From assembly GCA_002269645.1 (NCBI GenBank), contig NIVC01000764.1, forward strand, positions 209,749 to 273,748: DNA of 64,000 bases, written 5' to 3'. Within the stretch, counting starts at the first letter, position 1. Every line of letters starts with the position of its first letter. Of this stretch, positions 13,415 through 27,464 are shown one piece after another. The translations under genes were made by a program, and so were the position numbers. The notes beneath the pieces were generated by a model that saw only the letters and a list, made by a program, of their open reading frames with translations, did no database searches and was not told where the DNA came from. Origin of the DNA: Macrostomum lignano. Lineage: Eukaryota.

Positions 13415-13957
13415 CTGCTTATCCGATATTGACGAGAACGGAACGGAAAAAGGAAAGGAGAGTGGAGGGGAGGGTAAGGAAAGAAGTACTGACGAATCAG
13501 CCCGACTAACCAATCGCAATGCAAGGTAAACAGACTGTTTCTTGAGTTTAAGTTATACTCTTTGCTTAAGACAGCACAGGTCAACAACAACAACAAGGAT
13601 CTTCTTGATCATTTTTCGTCGGCCCTCTCAACAAAAACTAAACTCATTCCTTAACCCTAGCCTTAATTCCCAATTGATGATTTTGAAAATATCCACTGGG
13701 GATTTTCCTGTTCAACCCCCTTACCCTGCCCAGCTGCTCCAGGCAAACAAATAAACATATTGATTAGAAAGATAAGGACCGTCAGGAGCCTACGGTAAAG
13801 ACACGGGCTGCTGGATATCGAAGGTAGAAGGGTATAAAAGCAGGAAAAATACTTTTAATTGACACTTTCAACACTTAAAATGCCCTCTGTTTAAAACTGC
13901 TTTGCCCTGTCAGTACGCTCGTAGGGAGCTTCTTCTGTCATATCTGTCCTTCAGTAC

Positions 13958-15026
13958 GGAGCCTCTTCTACCAACAAACCTTCGGTAGGGAGCCTCTTCT
14001 ACCAACAAACCTTCGGTAGGGAGCCTCTTCTACCAACAAACCTTCGGTAGGGAGCCTCTTCTACCAACAAACCTTCGGTAGGAAGCCTCTTCTACCAACA
14101 AACCTTCGGTAGGGAGCCTCTTCTACCAACAAACCTTCGGTAGGGAGCCTCTTCTACCAACAAACCTTCGGTAGGGAGCCTCTTCTACCAACAAACCTTC
14201 GGTAGGGAGCCTCTTCTACCAACAAACCTTCGGTAGGGAGCCTCTTCTACCAACAACACTTCAGTAGGGAGCCTCTTCTACCAACAAACCTTCGGTAGGG
14301 AGCCTCTTCTACCAACAAACCTTCGGTAGGGAGCCTCTTCTACCAACAAACCTTCGGTAGGGAGCCTCTTCTACCAACAAACCTTCGGTAGGGAGCCTCT
14401 TCTACCAACAAACCTTCGGTAGGGAGCCTCTTCTACCAACAAACCTTCGGTAGGGAGCCTCTTCTACCAACAAACCTTCGGTAGGGAGCCTCTTCTACCA
14501 ACAAACCTTCAGTAGGGAGCCTCTTCTACCAACAAACCTTCGGTAGGGAGCCTCTTCTACCAACAAACCTTCGGTAGGGAGCCTCTTCTACCAACAGACC
14601 TTCGGTAGGGAGCCTCTTCTACCAACAAACCTTCGGTAGGGAGCCTCTTCTACCAACAAACCTTCAGTAGGGAGCCTCTTCTACCAACAAACCTTCAGTA
14701 GGGAGCCTCTTCTACCAACAAACCTTCGGTAGGGAGCCTCTTCTACCAACAAACCTTCGGGTTGGGGCCTCTTCTACCAACAAACCTTCAGTAGGGAGCC
14801 TCTTCTACCAACAACACTTCAGTAGGGAGCCTCTTCTACCAACAAACCTTCGGTAGGGAGCCTCTTCTAACAACAACACTTCAGTAGGGAGCCTCTTCTA
14901 CCAACAACACTTCAGTAGGGAGCCTCTTCTACCAACAACACTTCAGTAGGGAGCCTCTTCTACCAACAAACCTTCGGTAGGGAGCCTCTTCTACCAACAA
15001 ACCTTTAGTAGGGAGCCTCTTCTACC
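13958..15026. repeat. 31-bp minisatellite (~34 copies)
   Basis: Unit gggagcctcttctaccaacaaaccttcggta, highly homogeneous. Confidence 0.97.
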
Positions 15027-15338
15027 CTTAACACTTGTCACGCGTGTTAAAGTAAAACAACTTTGCCCCCTCTCCGAAAGACCATGAATTCAATGAAGCC
15101 GGATTCGTGCGATCACAGGATTTATACATCAAACTGCATTTCTTTCCTATACCTGTCGCGTGAGTTAAAAGCTTATTTAGTGATACGGATGCGAAATAAG
15201 AGTATAAAGTGCTTGCTTAAATGACATCAGAAAGATTAATATGCTGAGCCTAATCTTTCAAACCAAACAGTTGGTTTTTCTAGCAAACCTGCTTCTGCTA
15301 CACAGCAGTTTGATGATAAATGGAGATTCTTAAATAAA

Positions 15339-15791
15339 ATGGCACACGCATCATCAAAATGAAATGGCACACGAATCATCAAAATGAAATGGCACACGCA
15401 TCATCAAAATGAAATGGCACACGCATCATCAAAATGAAATGGCACACGCACCATCAGAATGAAATGGCACACGAATCATAAAAATGAAATGGCACACGAA
15501 TCATCAAAATGAAATGGCACACGAATCATCAAAATGAAATGGCACACGAATCATCAAAATGAAAATGAAATGGCACACGCACCATCAGAATGAAATGGCA
15601 CACGAATCATCAAAATGAAAATGAAATGGCACACGCACCATCAGAATGAAATGGCACACGAATCATCAAAATGAAAATGAAATGGCACACGCATCATCAG
15701 AATGAAATGGCACATGCATCATCAAAATGAAATGGCACACGCATCATCAAAATGAAATGGCACCCGAATCATCAGAATGAAATGGCACACA
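15339..15791. repeat. 25/31-bp minisatellite
   Basis: Unit aaatggcacacgcatcatcaaaatg. Confidence 0.95.
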
Positions 15792-16726
15792 TTGTTATAT
15801 ATTGTATTTTGTGCCACGTGACAGCGTCAGAGTAGGCAAGCCTCAGACAAAAAATAACTCAGTACCAAAGTCAGTGGACAAGAAACGCGCTTCCACCAGC
15901 CTCTGCGGGCAAGCAAGAGAGCCACCTTCCCTCCTTCGCCTTCCTTCTGCGCACTTTTCAGACTTAGAAATAGAAAAAATCTGGGGCGTCGCCGATCTCA
16001 GAAGACCCGCGAGGAAGAGGAAGCCTAAAAACCGACGCGCCCACGCACAAAAAAAGATTTTCTGTTGCATTCACAGATTGATATAAATGCATTTTTGTTA
16101 ATGCTCGGCTCTTTTATTTGTTAATGCTCAGCTTTATTATCTTTGATGGATGGCTTCAAATGTCTTTGCATGGAATTCGCGCTCACAGTCCCAGCCTAAA
16201 CCAAGCGAGCCAACTGACGGGGACAAATGTACCTAAATGGCGATCCTTCTTCTGCTTTCAGCCTGCAGACTACACCAGCTGTAGCAAAAAACCTCGCTTG
16301 AAGTCGGAGCTTGATTTTTCAAAATAAAAAAATTAACGATAATTTGTATTAGAAAAATACTTAACTAATACATCAAATCATTTTACTCTCTGCGGCTAAA
16401 GTACAAATATATGCATATATATACAGGCGAGTAAGTTTTAATATTAATACGCGCGTATTTCTACTGATTGCCAGAGGAGTCAGTAGTATTTCAAGGGTGT
16501 GTTTTTTCATATATATGATAAGTATAACTAACTTTTTAACGTGAAGTATAAATCATAAATTTACGTATACAATAATAAAACAAAAATTATTTATTAGATA
16601 CTCATACTGCTTGTTAATGCAATAACTTAAATCTGTACTATAAAAATATCTACTTGCTAACATAAATTCGTAAAATTGTATGTATATGTGCACGAGTTTC
16701 TTGCATCTGTCAATAATTACTTTAAT

Positions 16727-17040
16727 TTGTACAAGAGCTGCTCTCATCTGTACAAGAATTGCATGCATCTGTACGAGAACTGTTCTCATCTGTACAAGAG
16801 CTGTCGTCAGAAAAAGAATGGCCCTCATCTGTACAAGAACTACTTATTTGTACAAGAACAACTTATCTGTACAAGAACTACTCATTTGTACAAGAACTAC
16901 TTATCTGTACAAGAACTACTCATCTGTACAAGAACTACTCATCTGTACAAGAACTACTCATCTTACGAGAACTACTTATCTGTACAGGAACTGCTCTCAT
17001 CTGTACAAGAACTACTTATTTCTACAATAATTACTCATAG
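16727..17040. repeat. 19-bp minisatellite, array 1
   Basis: Unit tctgtacaagaactactca. Confidence 0.9.
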
Positions 17041-17867
17041 TACTCATCGGAAATACTCATCGGTTTGTTTACCCAAAGCAGCAACACAGTTCCAGAGAGG
17101 ATCACCGCATTCATGCATAATTTCTATACTGTCATCAGCCGCATCAACACTAAAGCTCATAGCCCATACATGAATAGAATTAGATAATTTATAGCAAGCA
17201 TACAAGATTCAAAGGAGATCAGAACCCTAATTAAATATGCAGCACAATGCCATATTCATCCACAACAGAAGTGAACAGTAGAAAAATCAGAATTTACTAT
17301 TATTTTGATAAAACTAGTCAGAAATAACCATAAAGTAGAGGGGGGTGGTAGGGGTCTACCGCGCAGTCAGTGAATACTGCGCACATATGTTTCTGATTTA
17401 TAAATAAAATATAATATATAGCATACGATACTTATCATCAATACTTAGAGCAGGAAAACTGCGCGGCAATGCCAACAGCGCACGGATTTGGAGCAATAAA
17501 AAAGAAGGAAAGAAAAATTTTCAAGCCCCACAAGCGCCCGGGGTACCAGCGGAATCCAAGTAAAATTTCGAGCGCCTGATATAGGCTTGAAGCCAAGATG
17601 AGGCAAGGGCGGGTGGCGCTACATATGAATTATAATTTACAACTGCTTAACAGACACAGGAGCCAGTGCAGACAACGGCGGGCCAGAGGCTGAAGCGAAG
17701 CGAACTAGTAAAAGCAGTAGAAAGGCCAGTACTCGTAGTCAGGAAATGTTATAAAGCGATTGCATATACACTGAAGTATATGCAGACAGTCAGGAGATGC
17801 ACATTACATATATGTACACAGGCAGATGGTCACACATGCCAGACATGTTAGGGCAATGTACACACAC

Positions 17868-18421
17868 ATCTGTACAAGAAATACACATCTGTACAAGAAT
17901 TGCTCATCTGTACAAGAACTACCCATCTGTACAAGAACTAGACAACTGTACAATAACTCTTCATCTGTACAAGAACTAGACATCTGTACAATAACTCTTC
18001 ATCTGAACAATTTCTCATCTGTACAAGAACTAGACATCTGTACAAGAATTACTCATCTGTACAAGAATTACTCATCTGTACAAGAACTACTTATCTGTAC
18101 AAGAATTACTCATCTGTACAAGAACTACTTATCTGTACAAGAATTACTCATCTGTACAAGAACTACTTATCTGTACAAGAATTACTCATCTGTACAAGAA
18201 CTACTCAGCTGTACAAGAATTAATCTTCAGAAAAAGACCTACTCATTTGTACAAGAACTACTCATCTGTAAAAGAAGTACTAATCTGTACAAGCAAGAAC
18301 TACTCATCTCTACAAGAATTACTCATCTGTACAAGAACTACACAACTGTACAAGAACTACTCATCTGTACAAGAACAACTCATCTGCACAAGAACTGCTC
18401 ATCTGTACAAGAATTACTCAT
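17868..18421. repeat. 19-bp minisatellite, array 2
   Basis: Same unit and same 3' flank as array 1. Confidence 0.9.
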
Positions 18422-19396
18422 AGTACTTATCGGAAATACTGCAGCATCGGTTTGTTTACCCATAGCAGCAACCCAGTCCCAGAGAGGATGACTGCATTTA
18501 ATATAATTTATTACAGACAAGATTAATTGATTTTTGCAAATACTGAATTTATAAAAATGACCTACAAATGTCCTTCCAATGCAAACAATTTGACCTTTCA
18601 GTTAGGATAGATTTAAGCAAAAACACAGTTACAGAGCTTGAATAGATTCTTACCAGTGCAGGTGTATTAGTTTTCTGATAGCCAATATTCACTTCAACAG
18701 CAAATTTGGTGCACAGAAATCATTAAAGCTGCAATCATTTAGTGATATAAAAGTTGCTTTATTAAGTTGGATCATTAATTTTATTAGATACATATCATAT
18801 AATTATTTAACGATCATTTAAAAAGTGCTTAAATCTTTAAATCTGAGTGCTCTCAATAGGTGAGTGTCATTCTCTTCATGATAAAGACAGTTTCATACAG
18901 TTTAAAAGCATTTTAATTATATCTGCACAATCTCTTCAATTTTATATAGCTGGTAGACACGGTTTACTAGAAAAATGTAGCATATTTGTATCTAAAGAGC
19001 TTTTTTGCAACAGTTTAATGCTGGTTTAGTTAATTTTGTGACATGCCTACCTTGGCAACCTGAGCTGGATATTGTGAATATGAGTTAAGTATCAAAAATT
19101 TCAGTAAAATTATAAATTATATATGTAAATAAATAAACATACTAAATTATAACAAATAAAATTGTTAAATTTAAAAAATTAAGACAAACCAAATTTAAGA
19201 AAAAATGCCTTTGAATTATTCTATCACCTTTTTTCAGCCTATTTTATACTGCAAGTTCTGTGCTTAATAAAGTGCTAAAGTTCTAAAATTTATAATAATT
19301 ATTGATTACACCAGCCCCAACTTGGCCAGATGTGTAGCCAATACCTCATCTGCAGCTATTGTGCAGTGCTTTTAAAGGCAATATATGGCTGTTAAG

Positions 19397-19585
19397 CCTA
19401 AGGACTAGGTCATCATACACCCTTATTACTCCAGCTAATGCTGGCACCCATTTTACAGCTGGGTGAACTGAAGCAATGCAGAGTTGAGTGTCTTGCTCAA
19501 GGACTCAAATAGTTCCAATGGGATTGGGAATCAAACCCTTGACCTTTAAGTCACAAGTCTAATGGTCTGAACACTATGCTACAAC
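19397..19585 (-). mobile_element. tRNA-derived CORE-like SINE (diverged copy)
   Basis: Homologous to 43546-43734; shares ggcacccattttacagctgggtgaactgaagcaatgcagagtt. Confidence 0.75.
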
Positions 19586-21523
19586 CCTCTCATAGAATCA
19601 ACTAGACTGCAAAAAATATATAATTATGTCCCATCTCATCAACATGTATATGTCTTATGTCTAAAAATCACAAAGAATCTATTTACCATTCTATAATTCA
19701 CTTTGTTATATAGTCATTAGGCTAAGAATGATAAAATAGATTCCTAAAGCCAATAGGTTAAGCTGTGCCATTTTTATGCTTTTTAGACATTGTACATATA
19801 TGACTATAGGCCTACATCAAAGATACTATATAACTAGATAGATCACTTCTTATCTCGCTGTGGGAAGCAAAACTGATACTAATCTTAGGACAGTAGTGTA
19901 AAAGCAACTTATAAGAAACATTCTTATTAGTGACTAAAATGAAATCAATTACAATCTTCTACAGTATACATTCTCAACTTTAAGGTAGGCTTTTGCTAGC
20001 CTAAATTTCCAGTAAATGATTTCCTTTTCAACCCTATTGCTAGCCTATAGCAGTGTAGAGGGGGGAGATGAAAGGGTGGAGGCCAAGAGCTATATAAGCC
20101 ATCTAGCTAAGCAGAGCTTTTTTGTGTTGCCTTAACTTTAATAAAAGCCAACCAACAAAGTTGCCCTAAGGGAAGGATGGGAGGTTGGTGAAAGGGTTAA
20201 GAGCTGTGCAAGCCATAATGTACACACTATGTGGTCTATGAACCAATCTTAATATAAGCATTGAATTTGCCTTTGTTTTAAGAGCATTTGGCTAAGTCTA
20301 GTTTCTTATCTTTCCTCACAGAGATCATGCATCTAGTGTTTCCAGTGTGATTTGCAATCATGTATATATAATCAAATAGTTTTTCAATGGCCAATGGCCA
20401 TAGCCATGCAAAATTTGATATTCAGCTCAAAAGGTGTACAGCCACTTGCACAAATACAACTCAAGCTGTCAAGCATTCACTGGTGATACCAGAACTCCAG
20501 TGTGAATGCACAGATTCCCGACAGATGAGGCTACTTAATAGGAAAGAATTTTTGAGCTAAATTTTGAGCTTATAGTGATTCTTTAAAATAATACATTTTA
20601 AGATTATTATATAAAATAATCTATAAAAACTAGATAACATATTATATAAGAATTTACCATATTATTATAAGTAATATTAACAAATGCAATTATATGGTTT
20701 AGTATGATAAATTTTCCAAAAAAGCTATATACCAAATATACTTAAGACTTTGGAATATGTAGGATACCAGAATTTTCTATGGCAATTGCCACTTTTTTAA
20801 CTGGTATATATGATATAGCCTTATTAACCAAATTAATATAATAACATTGAACCCTTGTATAAGGCTGGTACTCAGGCAATAGAGCTATAGAAAATATGAA
20901 TATATTTTATATTATATTATATTATTTATATTTATTTATTATTTATATTTTATTATATTAAAAATTGTATGATACTATAATATAATATATATTCATATTA
21001 TATTATATTATAGTATCATACAGACTATGTGAAGAAGCTAGATATATAACCCTAATTGTGTATATCCTTTATGCTTGGCATGTTTTATTGTTCTTGCATT
21101 TACAAAATAGTTCATTAATAATGTATATCTAGTGATAGATATATTAATGTATATAATATAATATTTAATATTTAGTATTTAGTAATAAATATTAATAAAT
21201 AATATATAATATATAATATATAATATATAATTGTATATAATATTTAGTGATATATATTATAGCAATTCAAGCAATTCAAGCAATTCAAGATTGTAAACTA
21301 TACATACATTTTTGTATTATAAGATGCCCAAAATATGCAATATATTTGCAAAGGTAGTTGTTATTTGCATAGTACAATAAAAAAATTACTGGTGTTATTT
21401 ATTTGTCAACTGAAATAAATAGGCCTACCTTATAAATAGTTAACTATTTATTTACCTAATATTTGCCCTGCCTTGTATTTTTTTATTTTCATAATGAGTT
21501 TCAACTAACTAAAGCTGGTGGAT

Positions 21524-22850
21524 GGCCCATTCCATTTAAGATAGACATATTTGGAAAATAGAAAAAAGTCAATATTTTTGCTTGTCATTACCTTATCAGC
21601 CAATTTTTTTACAAAATCTTTTTGTATGTAATGTATATAATCTAAGAATAAAAAAATGATAAAATGTTGGATTAGTATGTTATCAAGTGGCAAAAAGTCA
21701 TTTTTGTAAAAATTTGGACATTTTTCGAAGCAAAAGACATCATTAAGTTTATATACCTTTTAAAAACAAATAGAAAGCTTTGGAAGGTTAAAACAAACTA
21801 TAGATAAAAAGTATAGTACTTGCATCATCAGATAAAAGTATTGGTGACCAAATAATCTATTATATTTTTAATATATTGGTACTTCAAAGTTACTGAATTG
21901 ACAGAAAAAAAAATGTTACGACCATAATGTTACGACCATAAGGCTGCCTTTTCTTTTGTATCTTTGTTGCCTTTTTGAGTTTATATATTCTACAAAAGAG
22001 TATGATTACTGTGGATGTTTTTAGTCAAATTTTAAAAAAATGTATTGCAAAATATCAAAAAAATGTTATAAGACTTTTACCTTTAGTTTCTATATGTCAA
22101 AAATCCTGTTGTTACGACCATAAGTGCCATTCAAGGATAGAATAGCTTCTATACTAATGATGATATCTATATGAAACTATAAAAATATTCTTGACAAAAT
22201 TATCTTTCATTTAAAATATTGGTTTAGTATATTCTATTATTATATTTCATTTTATAAGTAAAAATAGCCTGTCATGTTACGACCGTGCTTATATGGAACG
22301 AGCCTTAGGTACTTTTTAAAAACAAATAGAAAGCTTTAGAAGGTTAAAACAAACTATATATAAAATTATAGTACTTGCATCATCAGATAAAAACATTAGC
22401 AACCATATAATCTATTATATTTTTAATATATTAGTACTTCAAAGTCACTGAATTGACAGAAAAAAAATGTTACGACCATTATGTTACAACCATAAGGCTG
22501 CATTTTCTTTTGTATCTTTATTGCCTTTTTGAGTTTATATAAAAGAGTGTGACTTCTAAAAATGTTTTTAGTCAAATTTAAAAACAATTATTGCAAAATA
22601 TCAAAAAAGAAAAATATGACTTTTACATTTTAGTTTCTATGTCAAAAATCCTGTTGTTATGACCATAAATGCCATTCAAGGTTTAATAGCATCTATACTA
22701 ATGATGATATCTAAATGAAACTTTATAAACATATTCTTGACAAAATAATCTTTCATTCAAAATATTGGTTTAGTATATTCTATTTTTAGATTTCATTTTA
22801 TAAGTAAAAATAGTCTGTCATGTTACGACCATAATTATATGGAATGGCCC
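21524..22850. mobile_element. Candidate non-autonomous DNA transposon with a ~556-bp internal tandem duplication
   Basis: Left ggcccattccattta versus right end (rc) gggccattccatata. Segments 21756-22304 and 22312-22850 are diverged copies. No clear TSD. Confidence 0.45.
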
Positions 22851-23266
22851 AGATAGAGTTTAGGTATGATTAAAATATTTTATAGCTAGGGATTGACTAA
22901 CTATGATTTTTGCATGCATGACTAGAATAATACCATGTATGAAACCATGCATGACTATGAATTTTTTATAGTATACATTTTAATTTAAAAATAGAACTAT
23001 TAGTATTAATACTACTGAGTTTAATAATTTTTTAAGCCTTGTTTTTATCATTTTTATTGTTTTAATATATTTTATTATATGGCTTTGTTACATCTATGTT
23101 AATTTATTGCAATTTTGATTTGTTTTGACTGTGCTATAACAGAAAAAAGTAAGGTTTTATTCATAGAATTCATGAATTGTGATTGGCAAGACTGGGCATG
23201 ATTTTTTCCTTAAGATCATGGTTTTCGTGATTATGACCATGATCATAATCAATCCTTAGTTGTAGC

Positions 23267-24570
23267 CAATGTTGCCACAGACTTTCATAAGAAAAAATGA
23301 GCGCAGGCTTAAAAAAATAGCGCAGCACATATACTTCATTAAAATACACTGAAAAAATTAGCTGACAAATTATGTCAGAAGTAGTGCACTATATTTTCCA
23401 ATTTACTAGTTTTGTTTATTTTCTTTGCTTAAAAATTGTTTAAAACTATGAGTACCTCACAACTCACAAAGTGCAAAAAGATGAAAGATATATACGATCG
23501 GTTATATTTAAAGTAGTTTTAATGAATATTGACTTGCATCATTCATCAATCGACATGACACATCCTCAAAACTTTACAAGGCACAAAAAGATGAAAAAAA
23601 TTTCCCCATTGAATCATTTATCAATAAAGAATAATTAATAGTCAGTCACAAAAGTCAAAGCACTTTGCTAATTTACTTTCTAGTTCCTACGCTGCTTCTT
23701 CTGATTAACAGCATTACTAGAACTACGACTGGCGCTCTTCCTCAAAACACCCTCTCGCTGGTCCACTTGCACAAGCATCTCCCGTGCCTGCTTCCGCATC
23801 TCATCGATGTTTAGCTACTGCTGCACCATACTCGTATCTTCTTGCTCCAGCCGATCCCTTTCTGCCGCCTTCTCCCACTCCACCACATCACGCCAGTGCT
23901 TATCTAGCTCAGCCTGCAACTTGGCCATTTTCTCCTCATTCTTCTTCGCCCAAGCCCGGTCATCTGCCTTCGCACAAGCCACAAATCTGGCTTCAAACAG
24001 TGTGGGAGTGATCACAACTTCCGACACCCGGCTGACACCAACTGAGAGCTTGAGCCACGTCTTGACAGTCAGCAGCGAATCTAGAGTGACATCGCTGAGC
24101 TTGTTGCGCTCTTTAGTCAAGTCGCTTGACACCCACTTCAGCATACGCTCGCTGTCGGCATTGCCATGTGGAATATAGCAAGCACTCTGGGCAAGCTTAG
24201 TCAACAGCGGATATTTCTCAGAAGACAACGGAGACCAGAAATGCTCGGGAATCAAACCATCATCGAAATCAGCTTCAGATGAGCTGACCCGAAGGCTCGT
24301 TGTCTCGGCACATGGATGAGAAAGATGCAAAACACATTGTTTCGTTAACCAGTGAGCAAAGTAAGCTGTCGATTCGTCCATTGTCATATATTCTCTTAAC
24401 AAAACTTTGCAAGTACATAATTTTGATGAGAAAATCGTCAGTTACAGTCACACAAAGCAAGAAAAAAAATTTTGCGCAGAAGAGACAGAAAAAGTGCAGA
24501 AATAGCACAATAGCGCAGGTACTGTAAAAAAGTGCAGATGCGCTAAAAAAGCGCAGGTGTGGCAACACTG
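23267..24570 (-). mobile_element. Internally deleted hAT transposon
   Basis: TIRs caatgttgccaca / tgtggcaacactg; exact 8-bp TSD GTTGTAGC at 23259-23266 and 24571-24578. Confidence 0.92.
23815..24402 (-). pseudogene. hAT transposase C-terminal dimerisation-domain remnant
   Basis: FW...KYPLLTKLAQSACYIPHGNADSER...LTKERNKL...LDSLLTVK. Confidence 0.85.
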
Positions 24571-26227
24571 GTTGTAGCATAGCATTTTTATTTGCTTATA
24601 TTATCAATAATGCAAAGTACAAAAGTACAAAAGGTGTTTCAAAAGAAATGAACAAGAATATGACTCATTTGCTTTCAAAAAGATAGATTAATGGTTAAAT
24701 ATAATTGTACTATAGCTAAAAGTACTACACAATATATATACAACTAGTATTTATTTTAGTTACTATATAAATAACAATAGTATTATTTACAAATTACAAT
24801 GCAAATAATAAGTATCTTTTAAATAACTCTAAAAGCTTTTAGAGTTCATAAAGTTCCAAAATTACAAAAAAATTGTTTTGCCAATATAGGCCTACTTTAA
24901 AAAATATTTAACAAATCTAAAAACTTTATTAAAAAAACTGGAATAATGATACTACTTTACTAGACAATAAAATTAACAAAGTTCTAATCTAATAGTATTG
25001 ATTGAAATTAAATGAAAAACTTTGAAATTAGATATCTTCAAAACTTTTATTCCTAAATTTTTTATCAAAATCAAAATTTGCATTTAAAACTTAGAAAATT
25101 GGATTCAAAATTTGAAATTTGAAAAATTAAAATTAAAAATTTGGAATATCTCAACTCTAGGTCTAAATTTTGGAATACTTTAGCTAGCAAACATCCCCCA
25201 ATAGCAAATAACCCTAGATAGAAAGCATCCCTAGATAGCAAGAATCCCTATATAGCAAGCATAGGGCCTGCCTAGATAAAAAGGATCATTATAGATAGAT
25301 AGCCAGCAATCCCTTTTTAGATACTAAGTACCCTCCACTTCCCAAGAGCAAGCATTTCCCAGATAGTATGCATCCTTCCAATAGCAAGCATTTCCTAATA
25401 GCAAGTAGGCCTATCTATTAGAAGACAAGTAGCTAATGCAACAATTGCCTTAGCTTTAGAGTGGCTCCATTTTTTTACCTGATACATTTTTTATATTGTA
25501 CATAATGTTCTTTTTTGTTTTATAGAATGCTTATTTTATGTTTGATATTGTGGCTCCTTATGTTTGGCATTGTTGCTTTTTTACATTTCAAATAAGTGTC
25601 TCTTTTATGTTTGACATGGTAGTTCTTTTATGTTTGATATACATGTACATGCACAATTTCCAAAATTCAGTTGGCTATGCAACTTAGTTTTAACAAAAAT
25701 GCGATATCATTTTTAGTCAAATATGCGACTTACATGTGTTGACAAAGTGTTGATAATGATAGTCATTAAATCTGCTTTGTTACCAAAGTGGCTGTTTACT
25801 GAAATGGCTGTTAATAAAGTGGATTGTATTTGTGCCTTTTATGTTTGATATGACACTTCTTTGATATATTATAGGCTTAAAGGGTACTTTTTGTTTAACA
25901 TTTTTAAATAAAAACTTTTTAAATAAAAAAACTTACACTATTTAGATTCAAACTTAGGTTGCTACATTGTCATTAGCAGTCTTAAACTGTTCAAATCTAG
26001 TCTAGGTTAGCTCTTATAAAATTTATAATATAAATTATAAGTCTTTATAATTCAATATGCCTACTGAAAAAAAATTGGTTAGAGTAAAAGTTATGACATA
26101 GGCTCTAATTAATTTCTCAGTCAGCGACAGACCATTTTAAGTATATTGGAATGGAAGTTCTTATAAATATTAATTAGTGAAGAGTAAACATGAGAATTGA
26201 CATACAATATATGATGATTAAGTCAAA

Positions 26228-27093
26228 TGTACCAGGGGGTGTTTAACTAAATTGTAGACTATCCTACCGATGTCACCAAGTTGTTGCAGGCTTAAACTCT
26301 CTCTAGAAATTATCCTACCGCAGGCACCAAGTTTTTGTAGGTGTCTTTACTATTATGGTATTCTTATTCCACTATGCCACCAAGTTGTCGCAGGGCTATA
26401 CACTTCCTAATTTATAATTACGCTACGGAATCAAGTTGTTGTAAATTAAGATAGTTATTACTCCATAAAATTGCTTAGTCAATTGCTGCTTCTTAGAAAA
26501 TATCAAGTCTAGAATTCTAATCTAAGGACTCCTTGAATCTATGCAAGGCGCCCTGGTAGCAGTGTCGAGCGGCAAACACTGGTCTACATGTAATTATGAA
26601 TCTCACTACTATTATTATTACTACTATTAGTTCCCTATATTTAGTTGCGGGCTCCCTGGGAAGGAGTTGCCCGACTCGTCAACCGTCTATTTCTGGCTTC
26701 TCACAGCTTTCCTGGCCTCTTACGGCTTTTTCTGGCTTCTTACAGTTTTTCTTGGCCTCTTACGGCTTTTCTGGCTTCTCACAGCTTTCTTGGCCTCTTA
26801 CGGCTTTTCTGGCCTCTTACAGCTTTTTCTCCTGTCTTGCTTTCCAGTGACTAAGACAACACGTTTTGCTTTTCTTGACCGAATCGAGGAAACGGCGGGC
26901 GAAGTTTTTAAAGCCCGAAAACGCTTGTATTTATAGGTTTACTGAGGGGGAGGACGGGTGCGCGGGACGTGGTTAAACAAAATATCAATTTAAACAAAAT
27001 AATTATTTTTCGCTATAACAAAATAATTCCGTAACCAAGAAATTTGGCGTAAATTCGAAATGGTATACGTATAAAAATATTGGGCCTGCCTCA
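26228..27093 (-). repeat. 3' LTR (866 bp)
   Basis: Matches 34897-35763; the only difference noticed by eye is in one G-run. Confidence 0.97.
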
Positions 27094-27111
27094 ACTGGCT
27101 TCCCTTCTACA
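27094..27111 (-). promoter_or_regulatory. Polypurine tract
   Basis: Minus AGAAGGGAAG, 5 nt before the 3' LTR. Confidence 0.6.
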
Positions 27112-27464
27112 TATTTATGAATAAACTAGTGAGTGAATAAATGTGTAGTTAAAGTGCAAAGGGGGCTTTTAATCACAAAACGTAGGCACTAAATAAAATT
27201 GGCTGACACTTAAAACATTAAAACAGCACACAACATGGTAATATCAGTAATATAGTTAGTGGAAGAATTGAGCAAGGTTGGCTATTATTAAAATGGCACG
27301 AAGTTGAGCGTACAAAAAGATGTTTGGCTAAATATAAAGTTGCACAAAGTTGAGCACACAAAAATTTTGGCTAAATAGGTATCCATGCAAAATTAGTGAA
27401 GGCTAAATAGGTATGCATGCAATGCGAAAAAAATAACAGTACATGACAGTTCAATTATAGTCAC

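Noticed and set aside
5471-18421. CRISPR-like appearance of the 23-39-bp arrays
   Set aside because: Units are head-to-tail with no unique spacers, there are no cas genes, and the context is eukaryotic.
5359-18491. Long repetitive ORFs in the arrays (e.g. 7738-8178, 9485-10066, 10781-11230, 17826-18491)
   Set aside because: By-products of stop-free tandem units, open in several frames and on both strands.
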